Of a stretch of DNA of 64,000 nucleotides, positions 39,024 to 47,471 are shown in pieces (within the stretch, counting starts at the first letter, position 1; every line of letters begins with the position of its first letter). Both the position numbers and the translations under genes were made by a program. This DNA comes from Gemmatimonadales bacterium (GTDB lineage Bacteria; Gemmatimonadota; Gemmatimonadetes; Gemmatimonadales; GWC2-71-9). The notes below the pieces were generated by a model that ran no database searches, was not told where the DNA came from, and saw only the letters and a list, made by a program, of their open reading frames with translations. The stretch spans positions 238 through 64,237 of the forward strand of contig JBDSMX010000285.1 of NCBI GenBank assembly GCA_039915645.1. The letters are read 5' to 3'.

Positions 39024-39535
39024 TGGCGGCGAAGACCGTACCCGGAGTGCTCGGGTCGTTCCAGCACATCGACGCGGCCTGTGATGCGATCCGCGGCCTC
39101 AAGGCCGAAGGGCACACCGACCTGACCGTCTATTCGGCGGCACCGAACCACGAGCTCGAGGCCGCCATTGGCGACAAGATCTCGCCGGTCCGGATGTGGA
39201 CCCTCATCGGTGGCCTCACCGGCTGCACGGCCGGCTTCTCGATGACGATCTGGATGGCCCGCGAGTGGCCGCTGCTCGTCGGCGGCAAGCCGATCGCGGC
39301 CATTCCGGCGTTCGTCGTGCTCGGCTTCGAGCTCACGATTCTCGTCGGCGCCCTCTCGACCATCGCCGGCATCATCATTCTCTCGATGCGCCGCTCGCTC
39401 AAGGGCCGTCCCTACCATCCCAAGTACAGCGACGACCTGATCGGGGTCTTCGTTCCCTGCGGTGCCGACCAGGCCGCTGCCGTCGCTGGAATGCTGACGG
39501 CGGCCGGTTCGGTGGAGGTGCTCCGTGATGCGTAA
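39023..39535 (+). CDS. actD: Alternative complex III subunit ActD
   Basis: 170 aa. TGATG overlap with actC. Central hydrophobic hairpin 'WTLIGGLTGCTAGFSMTIWM...IPAFVVLGFELTILVGALSTIAGII'. Position in the operon supports the call. Confidence 0.8.
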   Translation: MAAKTVPGVLGSFQHIDAACDAIRGLKAEGHTDLTVYSAAPNHELEAAIGDKISPVRMWTLIGGLTGCTAGFSMTIWMAREWPLLVGGKPIAAIPAFVVLGFELTILVGALSTIAGIIILSMRRSLKGRPYHPKYSDDLIGVFVPCGADQAAAVAGMLTAAGSVEVLRDA

Positions 39536-40127
39536 GGCGATGTCCGCGCTCGTGCTGCTTGCGCTCGGTGGCTGCAACTTCTGGTACAACGAAGTGCCGT
39601 CGCCCGATGACCTGATGCACCGGGTGCCCTGGTTCGACCACATGATTCTCTCCAAGGGCGTCCATCCGTATCAGCGGTTCGACATCCCGCGCAATACTCC
39701 TGCCGGCGTCGTGCCGCTGGGTGGTGGAGAACGCGAGTGGCGCGTCGGCGATCCGACGGCGGCCTTCCCGGTCTACGGCTTCGATACCCTCGTGGCCAAC
39801 GCGCTGCAGCACCCCACCACGCCGGCCAAGGTTGGCGCGCGGAGCGGGGAAGAGCTCTTCGATACCTATTGCTCGATGTGCCATGGCTATCAAGGCGCCG
39901 GCGACGGCACGGTGACGCCGTACAACGGTGCGCCATCCCTGATGACCCCCAGCGCACGTCACTGGGGCGATGGCTACATCTACAGCATCATCCGTTATGG
40001 CCGCGCCGGCATGCCGCAGTATGGCGACAAGATTGTCCGCCAGGACGAGCGTTGGGCCGTCGTTGACTATCTGCGCTCGCTCCAGGCGAAGTCGCCCTTG
40101 CCACCCGCCGCCGGAGGAGCCCACTGA
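39525..40127 (+). CDS. actE: Alternative complex III monohaem cytochrome c subunit ActE (lipoprotein)
   Basis: Lipobox 'LLALGGC' and a single 'CSMCH' haem motif with downstream 'GMPQYG'. Operon position supports the call. Confidence 0.85.
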   Translation: MMRKAMSALVLLALGGCNFWYNEVPSPDDLMHRVPWFDHMILSKGVHPYQRFDIPRNTPAGVVPLGGGEREWRVGDPTAAFPVYGFDTLVANALQHPTTPAKVGARSGEELFDTYCSMCHGYQGAGDGTVTPYNGAPSLMTPSARHWGDGYIYSIIRYGRAGMPQYGDKIVRQDERWAVVDYLRSLQAKSPLPPAAGGAH

Positions 40128-41398
40128 TGGCGACCGATTTTTCCGTGGTGCAGGACCAGCTCGCCGAGAAGAGCGTCAACAGTGATTACCGCTCCTTCCT
40201 GACGATCGGCGGCGGAATGGCAATCGTGGGGATTGTCCTCTTCGTGATGGCCCTGATGGGCGAGGGAAGTCATCGCGCCTGGCAGACCTTCCACGTCAAT
40301 TGGCTCTTCTTCACGTCGCTGACGGGCGGATCGATCGCCATCACCGCTGTTTACAAGATTGCCAACGCCAAGTGGTCTGGTGTGATCCTTCGGCTGTCGC
40401 AGGCGGTGTCGGGCTTCATTCCCGTCTCGCTCATCGGACTCGCGCTGATCTTCACCTTCGGTTACCAGGACATCTACGGCAACATGCAGGCGGCGCTGCA
40501 CGGCGTTTCGCCCGGCAAGGCGCTCTGGCTCTCCAAGAGCTGGATGGCGGCACGCCTCTTCATCGGCCTCGGCGTGCTCTACTACCTCGGCATGCGCCTG
40601 ATCCGGAGCGACATGCTCCCCGATCTGGTGCTCGCCAAGGAGAAGGTCACCGACGGTCGCAAGGCCCGCTACGAGCGGATGCTCACCGGCTACAACGAGG
40701 CCGAGAACCACACGCGGATCTACCGCCTGGCGGCGATCTTTGCGGCGGTCTATGCGCTGGTCTTCACGATCGTGGCGTTTGATGGCATCATGGCGCTGCA
40801 GCCCCACTGGTTCTCGAACCTGCTCGGTGGCTGGTTCTTCATGGGGTCATTCCTCGGCGCGCACATGTTGCTGGGCCTGATGGTGATCTTCGCCCGGAAC
40901 AACGGCGCCAAGCTGGGTGACTTCATCTCGCCCAAGCAGCGGCATGACCTCGGCAAGCTCTGCTTCGGTTTCACCGTGTTCTGGACCTACCTGATGTGGG
41001 CGCAGTTTCTGGTGATCTGGTACGGCAACCTTCCCGAAGAGACCGGCTTCGTCTTCGCCCGCCTCTGGGGTCCGTGGCGTGTGATTGGCAGCGCCGTCTT
41101 CCTCGGGATGTTCGTACTCCCGTTCACCGGCCTGCTCGGTGTCGGTCCCAAGAAGACGCCGGCAATCTTCGGCATCTTTGCCACCATCTCGCTCTGCGCC
41201 CTCTGGCTTGAGCGCTATCTCCTGGTGATGCCGTCGGTGACGGCCGAGGCCGGCCCGGTGTTCGGTCTTCCTGAAATCGGCCCGACGCTGACCTTCCTCG
41301 GGCTCTTCATCGCCTGCATCGGCTGGTTTGCCCGCACCTATCCGATGGTCTCGCCGCGACTGGCGCTGATCACGCTGCAGAAGGAAGCGGCGCACTAG
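40127..41398 (+). CDS. actF: Alternative complex III subunit ActF (second NrfD-like membrane subunit)
   Basis: 423-aa polytopic membrane protein. TGATG overlap with actE. It is the last gene before a strong terminator. Confidence 0.85.
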   Translation: MATDFSVVQDQLAEKSVNSDYRSFLTIGGGMAIVGIVLFVMALMGEGSHRAWQTFHVNWLFFTSLTGGSIAITAVYKIANAKWSGVILRLSQAVSGFIPVSLIGLALIFTFGYQDIYGNMQAALHGVSPGKALWLSKSWMAARLFIGLGVLYYLGMRLIRSDMLPDLVLAKEKVTDGRKARYERMLTGYNEAENHTRIYRLAAIFAAVYALVFTIVAFDGIMALQPHWFSNLLGGWFFMGSFLGAHMLLGLMVIFARNNGAKLGDFISPKQRHDLGKLCFGFTVFWTYLMWAQFLVIWYGNLPEETGFVFARLWGPWRVIGSAVFLGMFVLPFTGLLGVGPKKTPAIFGIFATISLCALWLERYLLVMPSVTAEAGPVFGLPEIGPTLTFLGLFIACIGWFARTYPMVSPRLALITLQKEAAH

Positions 41399-41406
41399 GG
41401 AAGCAG

Positions 41407-41498
41407 GATGATGGATGATGGATGTGCGAAGGGCCGGCGTCTCGATGGAGATGCCGGCCCTTTCTGTTTGGTCCATCGATCATCCATCATCCATCATC
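41407..41498. terminator. Composite palindrome: GC-rich terminator hairpin with T-tract, nested inside an 18-bp outer inverted repeat built from GGATGAT heptamers
   Basis: The inner stem is gggccggc (41431-41438) paired with gccggccc (41453-41460), followed by tttctgttt. The outer arms are gatgatggatgatggatg (41407-41424) and catccatcatccatcatc (41481-41498). It lies between the actF stop (41398) and the convergent anti-sigma stop (41502). Confidence 0.75.
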
Positions 41499-41501
41499 GC
41501 T

Positions 41502-42455
41502 CTACTGCAAGGTCAACTTCCCCATCATCGCATCGAGTGAGTCACTCGGAAGGTATCCAGCGATGGTCACCATCCGGATCGTGCGCTTGGGGTCATCATC
41601 GGTGCCGATGTAGTCCGGCTTCGCCCGCACCGGGATGCTCATCGACAAGCCACTCGCCTCGAGCAGCTGATGGACCGGACCAACGTCTTCCACCTGGCCC
41701 TCGACCACCCAGAGGGAGCGGCCGTCGGGAAGCTGATGCCGGACCAGGAAGGTGGGCCGACCACCATTGGCCGAGCGCTGGATCCGCACTGCGGCCACCG
41801 CATAGCCCTCGAGTCGGGCGATCGAGCCGTGCGCCAGCGCCATTGCGGCTTCCCATGACAGCGACTCCCAGCCTGCCGACGGATCCAATTCGGCGAGGGG
41901 CTCCACCGGGCGGAAGCGACGGGTCACCTGCATCGTTGGAGCAGGACCGACGACTTGCGGACGAATTACCGCGCGCGAGGCAAGGGTCAGCGTCCGCTGT
42001 TCAGCGCTCAGCGGCGCCGGCTCATCGGGCGTGGTGGCCATCGGAGAACCGACCTTCGCGAAGATCGTCGGCGCTACGAACGCTGCGGCAAGCCGCGTCG
42101 ACGACGTATTCGCCGGGACGGGCTGCAGGGCCAGGTAGCTGCTCAGGCCGACCACTGCGATGCTTGCCGCGGCGACGCCACCCATCCAGGTGCGAATGGA
42201 CTTCGAGGTGCGAGAGGGAAGCGCCGACCGCCTGATCACCCGAGGTGCAGCAATGGCAAGCAGGCGCGATGCTCGCGCCCGCACTTCCTGCACCTCGCCA
42301 TACATCGATCGACAGATCAGGCAGGCGAGCAGGTGCTCGGCAATCTCGGCACGCTGCGCCGTCGACAGCTCGCCGTCGGCGTAGGCGTGGAATTCCTCTT
42401 CAGGGACGTGCGGACGCACGGCGAGGCTCCTCTTCGGTCTCCGATCCGAGCTCAT
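41502..42455 (-). CDS. Anti-sigma factor (zf-HC2 type) with one TM helix and a periplasmic domain
   Basis: 'HAYADGELSTAQRAEIAEHLLACLICRSMYGEV' and TM helix 'GGVAAASIAVVGLSSYLAL'. The start is either ATG 42455 (56-nt overlap with the sigma gene) or GTG 42419 (20-nt overlap). Confidence 0.8.
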   Translation of the reverse strand: MSSDRRPKRSLAVRPHVPEEEFHAYADGELSTAQRAEIAEHLLACLICRSMYGEVQEVRARASRLLAIAAPRVIRRSALPSRTSKSIRTWMGGVAAASIAVVGLSSYLALQPVPANTSSTRLAAAFVAPTIFAKVGSPMATTPDEPAPLSAEQRTLTLASRAVIRPQVVGPAPTMQVTRRFRPVEPLAELDPSAGWESLSWEAAMALAHGSIARLEGYAVAAVRIQRSANGGRPTFLVRHQLPDGRSLWVVEGQVEDVGPVHQLLEASGLSMSIPVRAKPDYIGTDDDPKRTIRMVTIAGYLPSDSLDAMMGKLTLQ

Positions 42456-42930
42456 CGTGGGCGGCGATCAGGCGCTTGCGAGCCCGAGCCAGCGTGGTAC
42501 CCACGGCGCCAAGCGCGAGACCGGTCTGCTCGGCGATTTCGGGGTACGCGAGTCCAGCATCCCACAACAACAGCACTTCGCGATCGCGCGGACTCAAGGT
42601 CGCGAGAGCGCGCTTGACTTCATTCTCCTGTTCTTCGTGCTCGAGATCGTCTTCGACGTTGTCGAGTGGGGCCGGCGATGCGATCGGCTCGTGGGTGAGG
42701 AGCACCAAGTGCTTGCGTCGGCGAATGGCCGAACGCGCCTCGTCACGGGCGATATTGGCGGCGACTGCGAAAACCCAGGAGCGTGGCTTTTCGGGCTGGT
42801 GGGCGAGGGCGCGCATGAAGACTTCCTGCGCGAGATCTTCGGCGCGGTCGGCATCCCATACCTTGCGGTACAGGAAGCGCACTACAGCGTCGTAAGTGGT
42901 CCGGTAGAGCCCTTCAAGATCGAAGGCCAT
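42400..42930 (-). CDS. ECF (group 4) RNA polymerase sigma factor
   Basis: Region 2 'AEDLAQEVFMRAL...WVFAVAANIARDEAR' and region 4 'LSPRDREVLLLWDAGLAYPEIAEQTGLALGAVGTTLARARKRL'. I prefer ATG 42930 over GTG 42990. Confidence 0.88.
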   Translation of the reverse strand: MAFDLEGLYRTTYDAVVRFLYRKVWDADRAEDLAQEVFMRALAHQPEKPRSWVFAVAANIARDEARSAIRRRKHLVLLTHEPIASPAPLDNVEDDLEHEEQENEVKRALATLSPRDREVLLLWDAGLAYPEIAEQTGLALGAVGTTLARARKRLIAAHDELGSETEEEPRRASARP

Positions 42931-43021
42931 CGGTGCCTCGTATGGTCTGGGATGCTTCCCTGTAGACGCACACCCAGGGCCAGCTTGCACACCCTAGTCC
43001 AAAATCTTGTGCCATAACAAC

Positions 43022-43783
43022 TTACAGCGGTAGACGCCGATTCCGGAAGGCACAGCCCGGGTGCAGACCTGTCCTTGTTTCAGGCCAGTGTGTACACATA
43101 TGCGGCTTGGCGGGCTCGCCATTGGCGCGAGTCCGGCCATGGAGATCGCAATGGAGGCCGTCCTCCTTGAGGAAATCGCAGGCCGAGATGATTTCGGCGC
43201 TCAGCAGCCCCTCCTCGGGATCCTCACGTTCCACCTTGCACAGGTAGGGTGACTTCCTGTTCCGGAGCAACGACTCGAGCAGCGTTTCCTCGGTGGTGCA
43301 GCGGATCTCGACATTGAGATCGCGGCAGCAGGCCGCGTGGCGGGTATGGTCCGCGGTCCGGCAGGGCGCCTTGGCACACGGATTCGTGTCGGGAGCCAGT
43401 GGCAGCGCCCGTTTGAGGGGCGTGGGCGGTGGGATGTGCCGGGTGACAAGCTTCCGGTTCTCCACGATGCGGAAGCGATCCTTGCCGAGTCGACGCGGGG
43501 CGGCGGTGCGCCGGGGGACCGGGACACGCCCGGTGAAGCCGTGGGCGCCGCATCGGACCGCACTGCCATCGCCCGACTCGAGATGCTTGCAGGGGACGAA
43601 GACCGTGGTCTCGCACCAGAGCTCGCCGTCATCAACGAAAGTCCGGCCGAACTCGAGCCGTTCGGTATGGCCGAAGAACCAGGTCGCGTCGTGGTCTTCC
43701 TGCCCCTCGAGCGTCGCCACCCGGACGGTGACTTCGAGGGAACGGCACTGGGAGCCAAGGCGTCGGCAGGGCGGTGGAGCCAT
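43022..43783 (-). CDS. Cys-rich protein with YkgJ/UPF0153-like zinc/iron-chelating motifs
   Basis: 'PCAKAPCRTADHTRHAACCRDLNVEI' and 'ACDFLKEDGLHCDLHG...KPHMCTHWP'. It lies directly upstream of the ECF sigma gene on the same strand. The function is uncertain. Confidence 0.5.
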   Translation of the reverse strand: MAPPPCRRLGSQCRSLEVTVRVATLEGQEDHDATWFFGHTERLEFGRTFVDDGELWCETTVFVPCKHLESGDGSAVRCGAHGFTGRVPVPRRTAAPRRLGKDRFRIVENRKLVTRHIPPPTPLKRALPLAPDTNPCAKAPCRTADHTRHAACCRDLNVEIRCTTEETLLESLLRNRKSPYLCKVEREDPEEGLLSAEIISACDFLKEDGLHCDLHGRTRANGEPAKPHMCTHWPETRTGLHPGCAFRNRRLPL

Positions 43784-43986
43784 CGGATTCCTGGAGCGGA
43801 GGTACGGTGGTCGGCGTGCGCGGGCGGAAACTAGTGCGCTCCGGGGGAATCGCCAGCAGACAGACTACCGCGAGGACCGGTCGGCACATTACTCTTGACG
43901 CTTCCCGAGATCCTGGTGGACGGGAGCCGGTGCTGCCGGGGGGCAGTTTCGACGACAAACATCACCAGGGATGAGGCAAGACAAGA

Positions 43987-44451
43987 ATGCGCGTTTCTGT
44001 GATCGTGGCCGGTGCGGCGCTGGTGCTGGCGGCGTGCGGCGGTGAGAAGAAGGAAACGGCGTCGGATACCACTACGACGACCGCTCCTATGGCAGCTCCG
44101 GCGGCAGCGGCGACTGGCGCCCGCCATGAAGTTCAGATGATGCAGGAAGGCACCACCTACAAGTTCTCGCCGGCCGACCTGACCATCAAGGCGGGCGATG
44201 TGGTGGTCTTCAAGAACGTGTCGGGCGGCGCGCACAACGTGGCGTTCAAGTCCGACAGCATTCCGGCTGGCGCCGAAGCCATTCTTGATGCGGCGATCGC
44301 CGACAAGATGGGCCCGCTCTCGTCGGCTCTCATCGCGGCGCCGGGCGATTCGCTCGTCGTCTCGTTCGCTGGCGCGCCGGTGGGTGCATATCACTTCACC
44401 TGCACTCCGCACATGGCGATGGGAATGCACGGGATGATCACCGTTCAGTAA
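43987..44451 (+). CDS. Lipoprotein cupredoxin (plastocyanin/pseudoazurin-like type-1 copper protein)
   Basis: Lipobox 'LVLAAC'. Copper ligands 'GGAHNVAF' (His) and 'FTCTPHMAMGMHGM' (Cys-x2-His-x4-Met). Confidence 0.85.
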   Translation: MRVSVIVAGAALVLAACGGEKKETASDTTTTTAPMAAPAAAATGARHEVQMMQEGTTYKFSPADLTIKAGDVVVFKNVSGGAHNVAFKSDSIPAGAEAILDAAIADKMGPLSSALIAAPGDSLVVSFAGAPVGAYHFTCTPHMAMGMHGMITVQ

Positions 44452-44493
44452 GCAACGGACAGCGACGCACGCGTCGCTGCACCAAGGTGAGGG

Positions 44494-44522
44494 AAATGGG
44501 TGACGCGATGCGTCACCCATTT
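44494..44522. terminator. Bidirectional rho-independent terminator
   Basis: aaatgggtgacgc-gat-gcgtcacccattt is a 13-bp stem with flanking A- and T-runs. It lies between the cupredoxin stop (44451) and the PAP2 stop (44528). A second, smaller hairpin is at 44460-44479 (cagcgacg-cacg-cgtcgctg). Confidence 0.75.
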
Positions 44523-44527
44523 TCGTT

Positions 44528-45373
44528 TCAGGCCGTCCGTCGAATCACCATCAGCGGCACCGTCACGCCGACCACAACGCCTGCCACGCTGTCGAGGACA
44601 TAGTGCATCTGACAATACACCACGCCCACAGCCAGCAGTGCAGTCGGCACCGCGAGGATCATCGCGAGTCGCCGCGAGCCGAACCACGCGCCGACCGTGG
44701 CGGCGACCGTCGCCGCCACGTGAGAGGAGGGAAACGCCGCGCCGAATGCGCTGCCGCTCGACAGGGCGCGGTACACCAGGCGCGCCGGCCCGTTGTTGAT
44801 GAACTGCCCGGCAGGTCTGGCGAACTCATAGTACGGGCCAGCCACCGGGAAGAGCATGTAGCAGATGTAGCACGCCAGAAAGGTGGCGATCACCGCATTG
44901 AGGTATTGCTCGAGGGCGGCCGCACGCCGGGTGGCCAGAAAATAGAGCGCGGGAATAGGCACAATGACGTAGTACGAGAAATACACCGCGTGCAGGAGGG
45001 TCGACCAGAAGTCGCTTGGGGAGGCCCGCCACCAGTCACGACTTGGCTGGCCACCGAAGAGTCCTGATTCGATTCGCTGCAGCAAGTCGTCGTGCGTGAC
45101 CGCGGCACCGAAGCCATTGAGCGCGTCGATGGAGGAATAGAGTGCGGTGAGAATGAGGAGCGGGTAGGCGGTCCGCAGGAAGCGTCCCGTGGCGCTCTCC
45201 GGAGCGCGGACCGCGAGCCACGCCAGGCCCGCCAAGGCAACGTGTGCGGCGATCAACGGCAGCATGGCGCGCTGCGTCCATCGTGTCGCACCGATCAGCG
45301 CGACCACGATGCCATACCCGGCCAGCAGACGATCGACGAGTCGCCAGCGTGGGGTGGCAAGTATCAGAGCCAT
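44528..45373 (-). CDS. PAP2-superfamily membrane protein (PAP2_3 / inositol-phosphorylceramide-synthase-like)
   Basis: Polytopic protein with 'FPSSHVAATVA' and 'YCQMHYVLDSVAG' (PAP2 C2/C3 His/Asp motifs). ATG 45373, with an alternative GTG at 45391. It overlaps the stop of the upstream SDR gene. Confidence 0.75.
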   Translation of the reverse strand: MALILATPRWRLVDRLLAGYGIVVALIGATRWTQRAMLPLIAAHVALAGLAWLAVRAPESATGRFLRTAYPLLILTALYSSIDALNGFGAAVTHDDLLQRIESGLFGGQPSRDWWRASPSDFWSTLLHAVYFSYYVIVPIPALYFLATRRAAALEQYLNAVIATFLACYICYMLFPVAGPYYEFARPAGQFINNGPARLVYRALSSGSAFGAAFPSSHVAATVAATVGAWFGSRRLAMILAVPTALLAVGVVYCQMHYVLDSVAGVVVGVTVPLMVIRRTA

Positions 45374-46338
45374 CCCGCCTCGCGGTACCACACCGCCGTG
45401 TCACGAATGCCGTTGCTGAGTTGCCACTGCGGTGTCCAACCTGTCGCGGCGCTGAAGGCTGCCGAGTTGCCGGTCCACGCCTCCTGATAGAACTCGTTGG
45501 CCTTGTCGGCCCGGAGAATGGTCTTTCGCCGCAACGCTCGCGCCCAGAGTCCGGTCGCGTTGAGCGCCGTTCGCGCGATCCATTCTGGAATCGGCAGCAG
45601 GGTGACGTCCTTCCCCATCTCCTGCCCGATGGTCCGGACCAGGGAGGCACTGGTAATCACCTCCGGATGGTTCACATAGAAGATCCGGTGGTCGAGTCCC
45701 TCCGCGTTCCCGGCCCGGATGATGGCATCGGCAAGGTCGGCGACGTGAATGATCGAGAGTTCCATCGAGCCGTCGCCGAAGACCGGAGCAACGCCAAGTC
45801 GGGCGGCCTTGAAGACGGTGAGCAGGTTCTCGCGGTCGCGCGGACCGTACACGGTCGGCGGCCGAAGGATCGTCCACGACAGCGGTTCACCTCGAAGCAC
45901 CAGCTCCGATGCAAGCTTGCTGCGGCCGTACATCGTCACCGGCTGGTCGTGGCCGTCGGCCTCCTTGAGCACGCCCCGGCGCGACGGTCCACCCGCGGCC
46001 ATCGAGGACACCAGCACGAACCGCGCAGCTCCACCAGCGGCGACGGCGGCACGTGCGAGGTTCGCAGTGCCATCGCGGTTCGCCATCATGAACTCCGCCT
46101 CATCCACCGCGCCCGTCAGTGCGGCAACGTGATAGATGACGTCCTGACCCTCGGTGGCTGCGCGCAGCGCCTCGAGGTCGGCGAGGTCGCCTTGCACGAG
46201 CCGCACGCCACGAGCGGCCGCGCTTGCGGCGCGGGCCGGAGACCGAACGAGCGCGGTGACGGTGTCACCACGCTCGAGCAGTTGATCGATGAGGTGGCCG
46301 CCGACAAAGCCGGTCCCACCGGTGACCAGGGCCTTCAC
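45364..46338 (-). CDS. NAD(P)-dependent epimerase/dehydratase-family SDR (candidate ceramide reductase CerR-like)
   Basis: 'VKALVTGGTGFVGGHL' and catalytic 'YGRSKLASE'. GTG 46338 forms a GTGA overlap with the upstream stop (46335-46338). The CerR assignment is inferred from context. Confidence 0.8.
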   Translation of the reverse strand: MKALVTGGTGFVGGHLIDQLLERGDTVTALVRSPARAASAAARGVRLVQGDLADLEALRAATEGQDVIYHVAALTGAVDEAEFMMANRDGTANLARAAVAAGGAARFVLVSSMAAGGPSRRGVLKEADGHDQPVTMYGRSKLASELVLRGEPLSWTILRPPTVYGPRDRENLLTVFKAARLGVAPVFGDGSMELSIIHVADLADAIIRAGNAEGLDHRIFYVNHPEVITSASLVRTIGQEMGKDVTLLPIPEWIARTALNATGLWARALRRKTILRADKANEFYQEAWTGNSAAFSAATGWTPQWQLSNGIRDTAVWYREAGWL

Positions 46339-47471
46339 GTCGCGCGGTCGAGCACGCGGTAGGTCTTGTAGGCGGTGAAGCCTGCCTTCGAGAGCCCCTG
46401 GATGATCCCGGGGTTGTCCTCGAGCAACCACCCCGCCTCGCCCCAGCCGATCCCCACTTCTGCCGCCTTGCTCCAGATCCAGTGGTAGAGCGCCGAGTCG
46501 ATCCCCTTGCCACGCCACTCGGGGAGAATGCCCAGCAGCGGAATCCGCGCTCGCGTGATCTTCTTCGTCTTGAGCTTCCACATCATCGTGAGTGCCGCAG
46601 GGAACATCCCGCCACCGCGATTCTCCCGCAGTACCTCGTTGAGGTCGGGAAGACCCAGGCCGAAAGCGATCGGGACGCCGTCCTTCTCGACGAACGGGAT
46701 GATCGATGGAATCACGACCGGCTTGAACTGCGTCGCGAGGTTGTCGATTTCCGCATCGGTCATCGGGATGAAGCCCCAGTTCTGTTCCCACCCGGCGTTG
46801 TAGAGCTTCTTGATCAGCGCGACCTCGTCGGCGAAGCGCTTCATGTCGAGCGAGCGCATCGTGAGGCCGTATCGCTTCTTGAGCAATTCCACGGCACGCG
46901 CCGTGCGCTCGGGCGGCGTGACTGGCGCCTTGAGCGAGCCGCCCTCGAGGCAGACCATGTCCTTCGCCTTGGTGAACCCGGCCGTCTCGAGCAGCGTCAG
47001 GTAGTAGGGCGGATTGTGCGGCATCATCAAGGTGTTCGGCGTGTCGAAGCCATCGATCAGCAGGCCGCACTCGTCGTTGACCGAAAACGACATCGGCCCT
47101 CGCATCGTGTCGAAGCCGCGCGCCCGCACCCAGGCGGCCGCGGTATCGAGCAGTGCCGCTGCCACGCGGAAATCGTTGATGCACTCGAAGAACCCGAAGA
47201 ATCCGACCTTGTCGTGGTGGATGTCGTTGTGGAGTCGATTCGAGATGGCCGCGATCCGGCCCACGACCTCGCCATCCTGCTCGGCGATGAAGTAGTCGGC
47301 CTCGGCATGCTGGAAGAACGGATTGCTGGCGCGATCGAGCAGCTTCTTGACCTCAGCGCGAAACGGCGGGACCCAGTTGAGGTCCCGCCGGTGCAGGCGA
47401 TACGGCAAGTCGATGAAACGACTGAGATCCTTCGGCGACTCGACGCGCCGGATAGCCGGCGCGTTGTTCAG
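46335..47471 (-). CDS. GNAT-fold N-acyltransferase-like protein (candidate bacterial ceramide synthase); start codon unresolved
   Basis: C-terminal GNAT motif A-like 'LGILPEWRGKGIDSALY' and conserved-looking N-terminus 'ESPKDLSRFIDLPYRLHRRDLNWVPPF'. The nearest in-frame canonical starts are GTG 47570 (103-nt overlap with spt) and TTG 47408 (which would truncate the conserved N-terminus). CTG 47471 forms a CTGA overlap with the spt stop. Confidence 0.7.
   Translation of the reverse strand: MNNAPAIRRVESPKDLSRFIDLPYRLHRRDLNWVPPFRAEVKKLLDRASNPFFQHAEADYFIAEQDGEVVGRIAAISNRLHNDIHHDKVGFFGFFECINDFRVAAALLDTAAAWVRARGFDTMRGPMSFSVNDECGLLIDGFDTPNTLMMPHNPPYYLTLLETAGFTKAKDMVCLEGGSLKAPVTPPERTARAVELLKKRYGLTMRSLDMKRFADEVALIKKLYNAGWEQNWGFIPMTDAEIDNLATQFKPVVIPSIIPFVEKDGVPIAFGLGLPDLNEVLRENRGGGMFPAALTMMWKLKTKKITRARIPLLGILPEWRGKGIDSALYHWIWSKAAEVGIGWGEAGWLLEDNPGIIQGLSKAGFTAYKTYRVLDRAT

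Noticed and set aside
43784-43986. 203-nt spacer before the cupredoxin gene, examined for a promoter or ncRNA (TTGACG around 43893-43898)
   Set aside because: There is no acceptable -10 at 16-18 nt spacing and no convincing conserved-looking structure. Nothing could be supported by eye.
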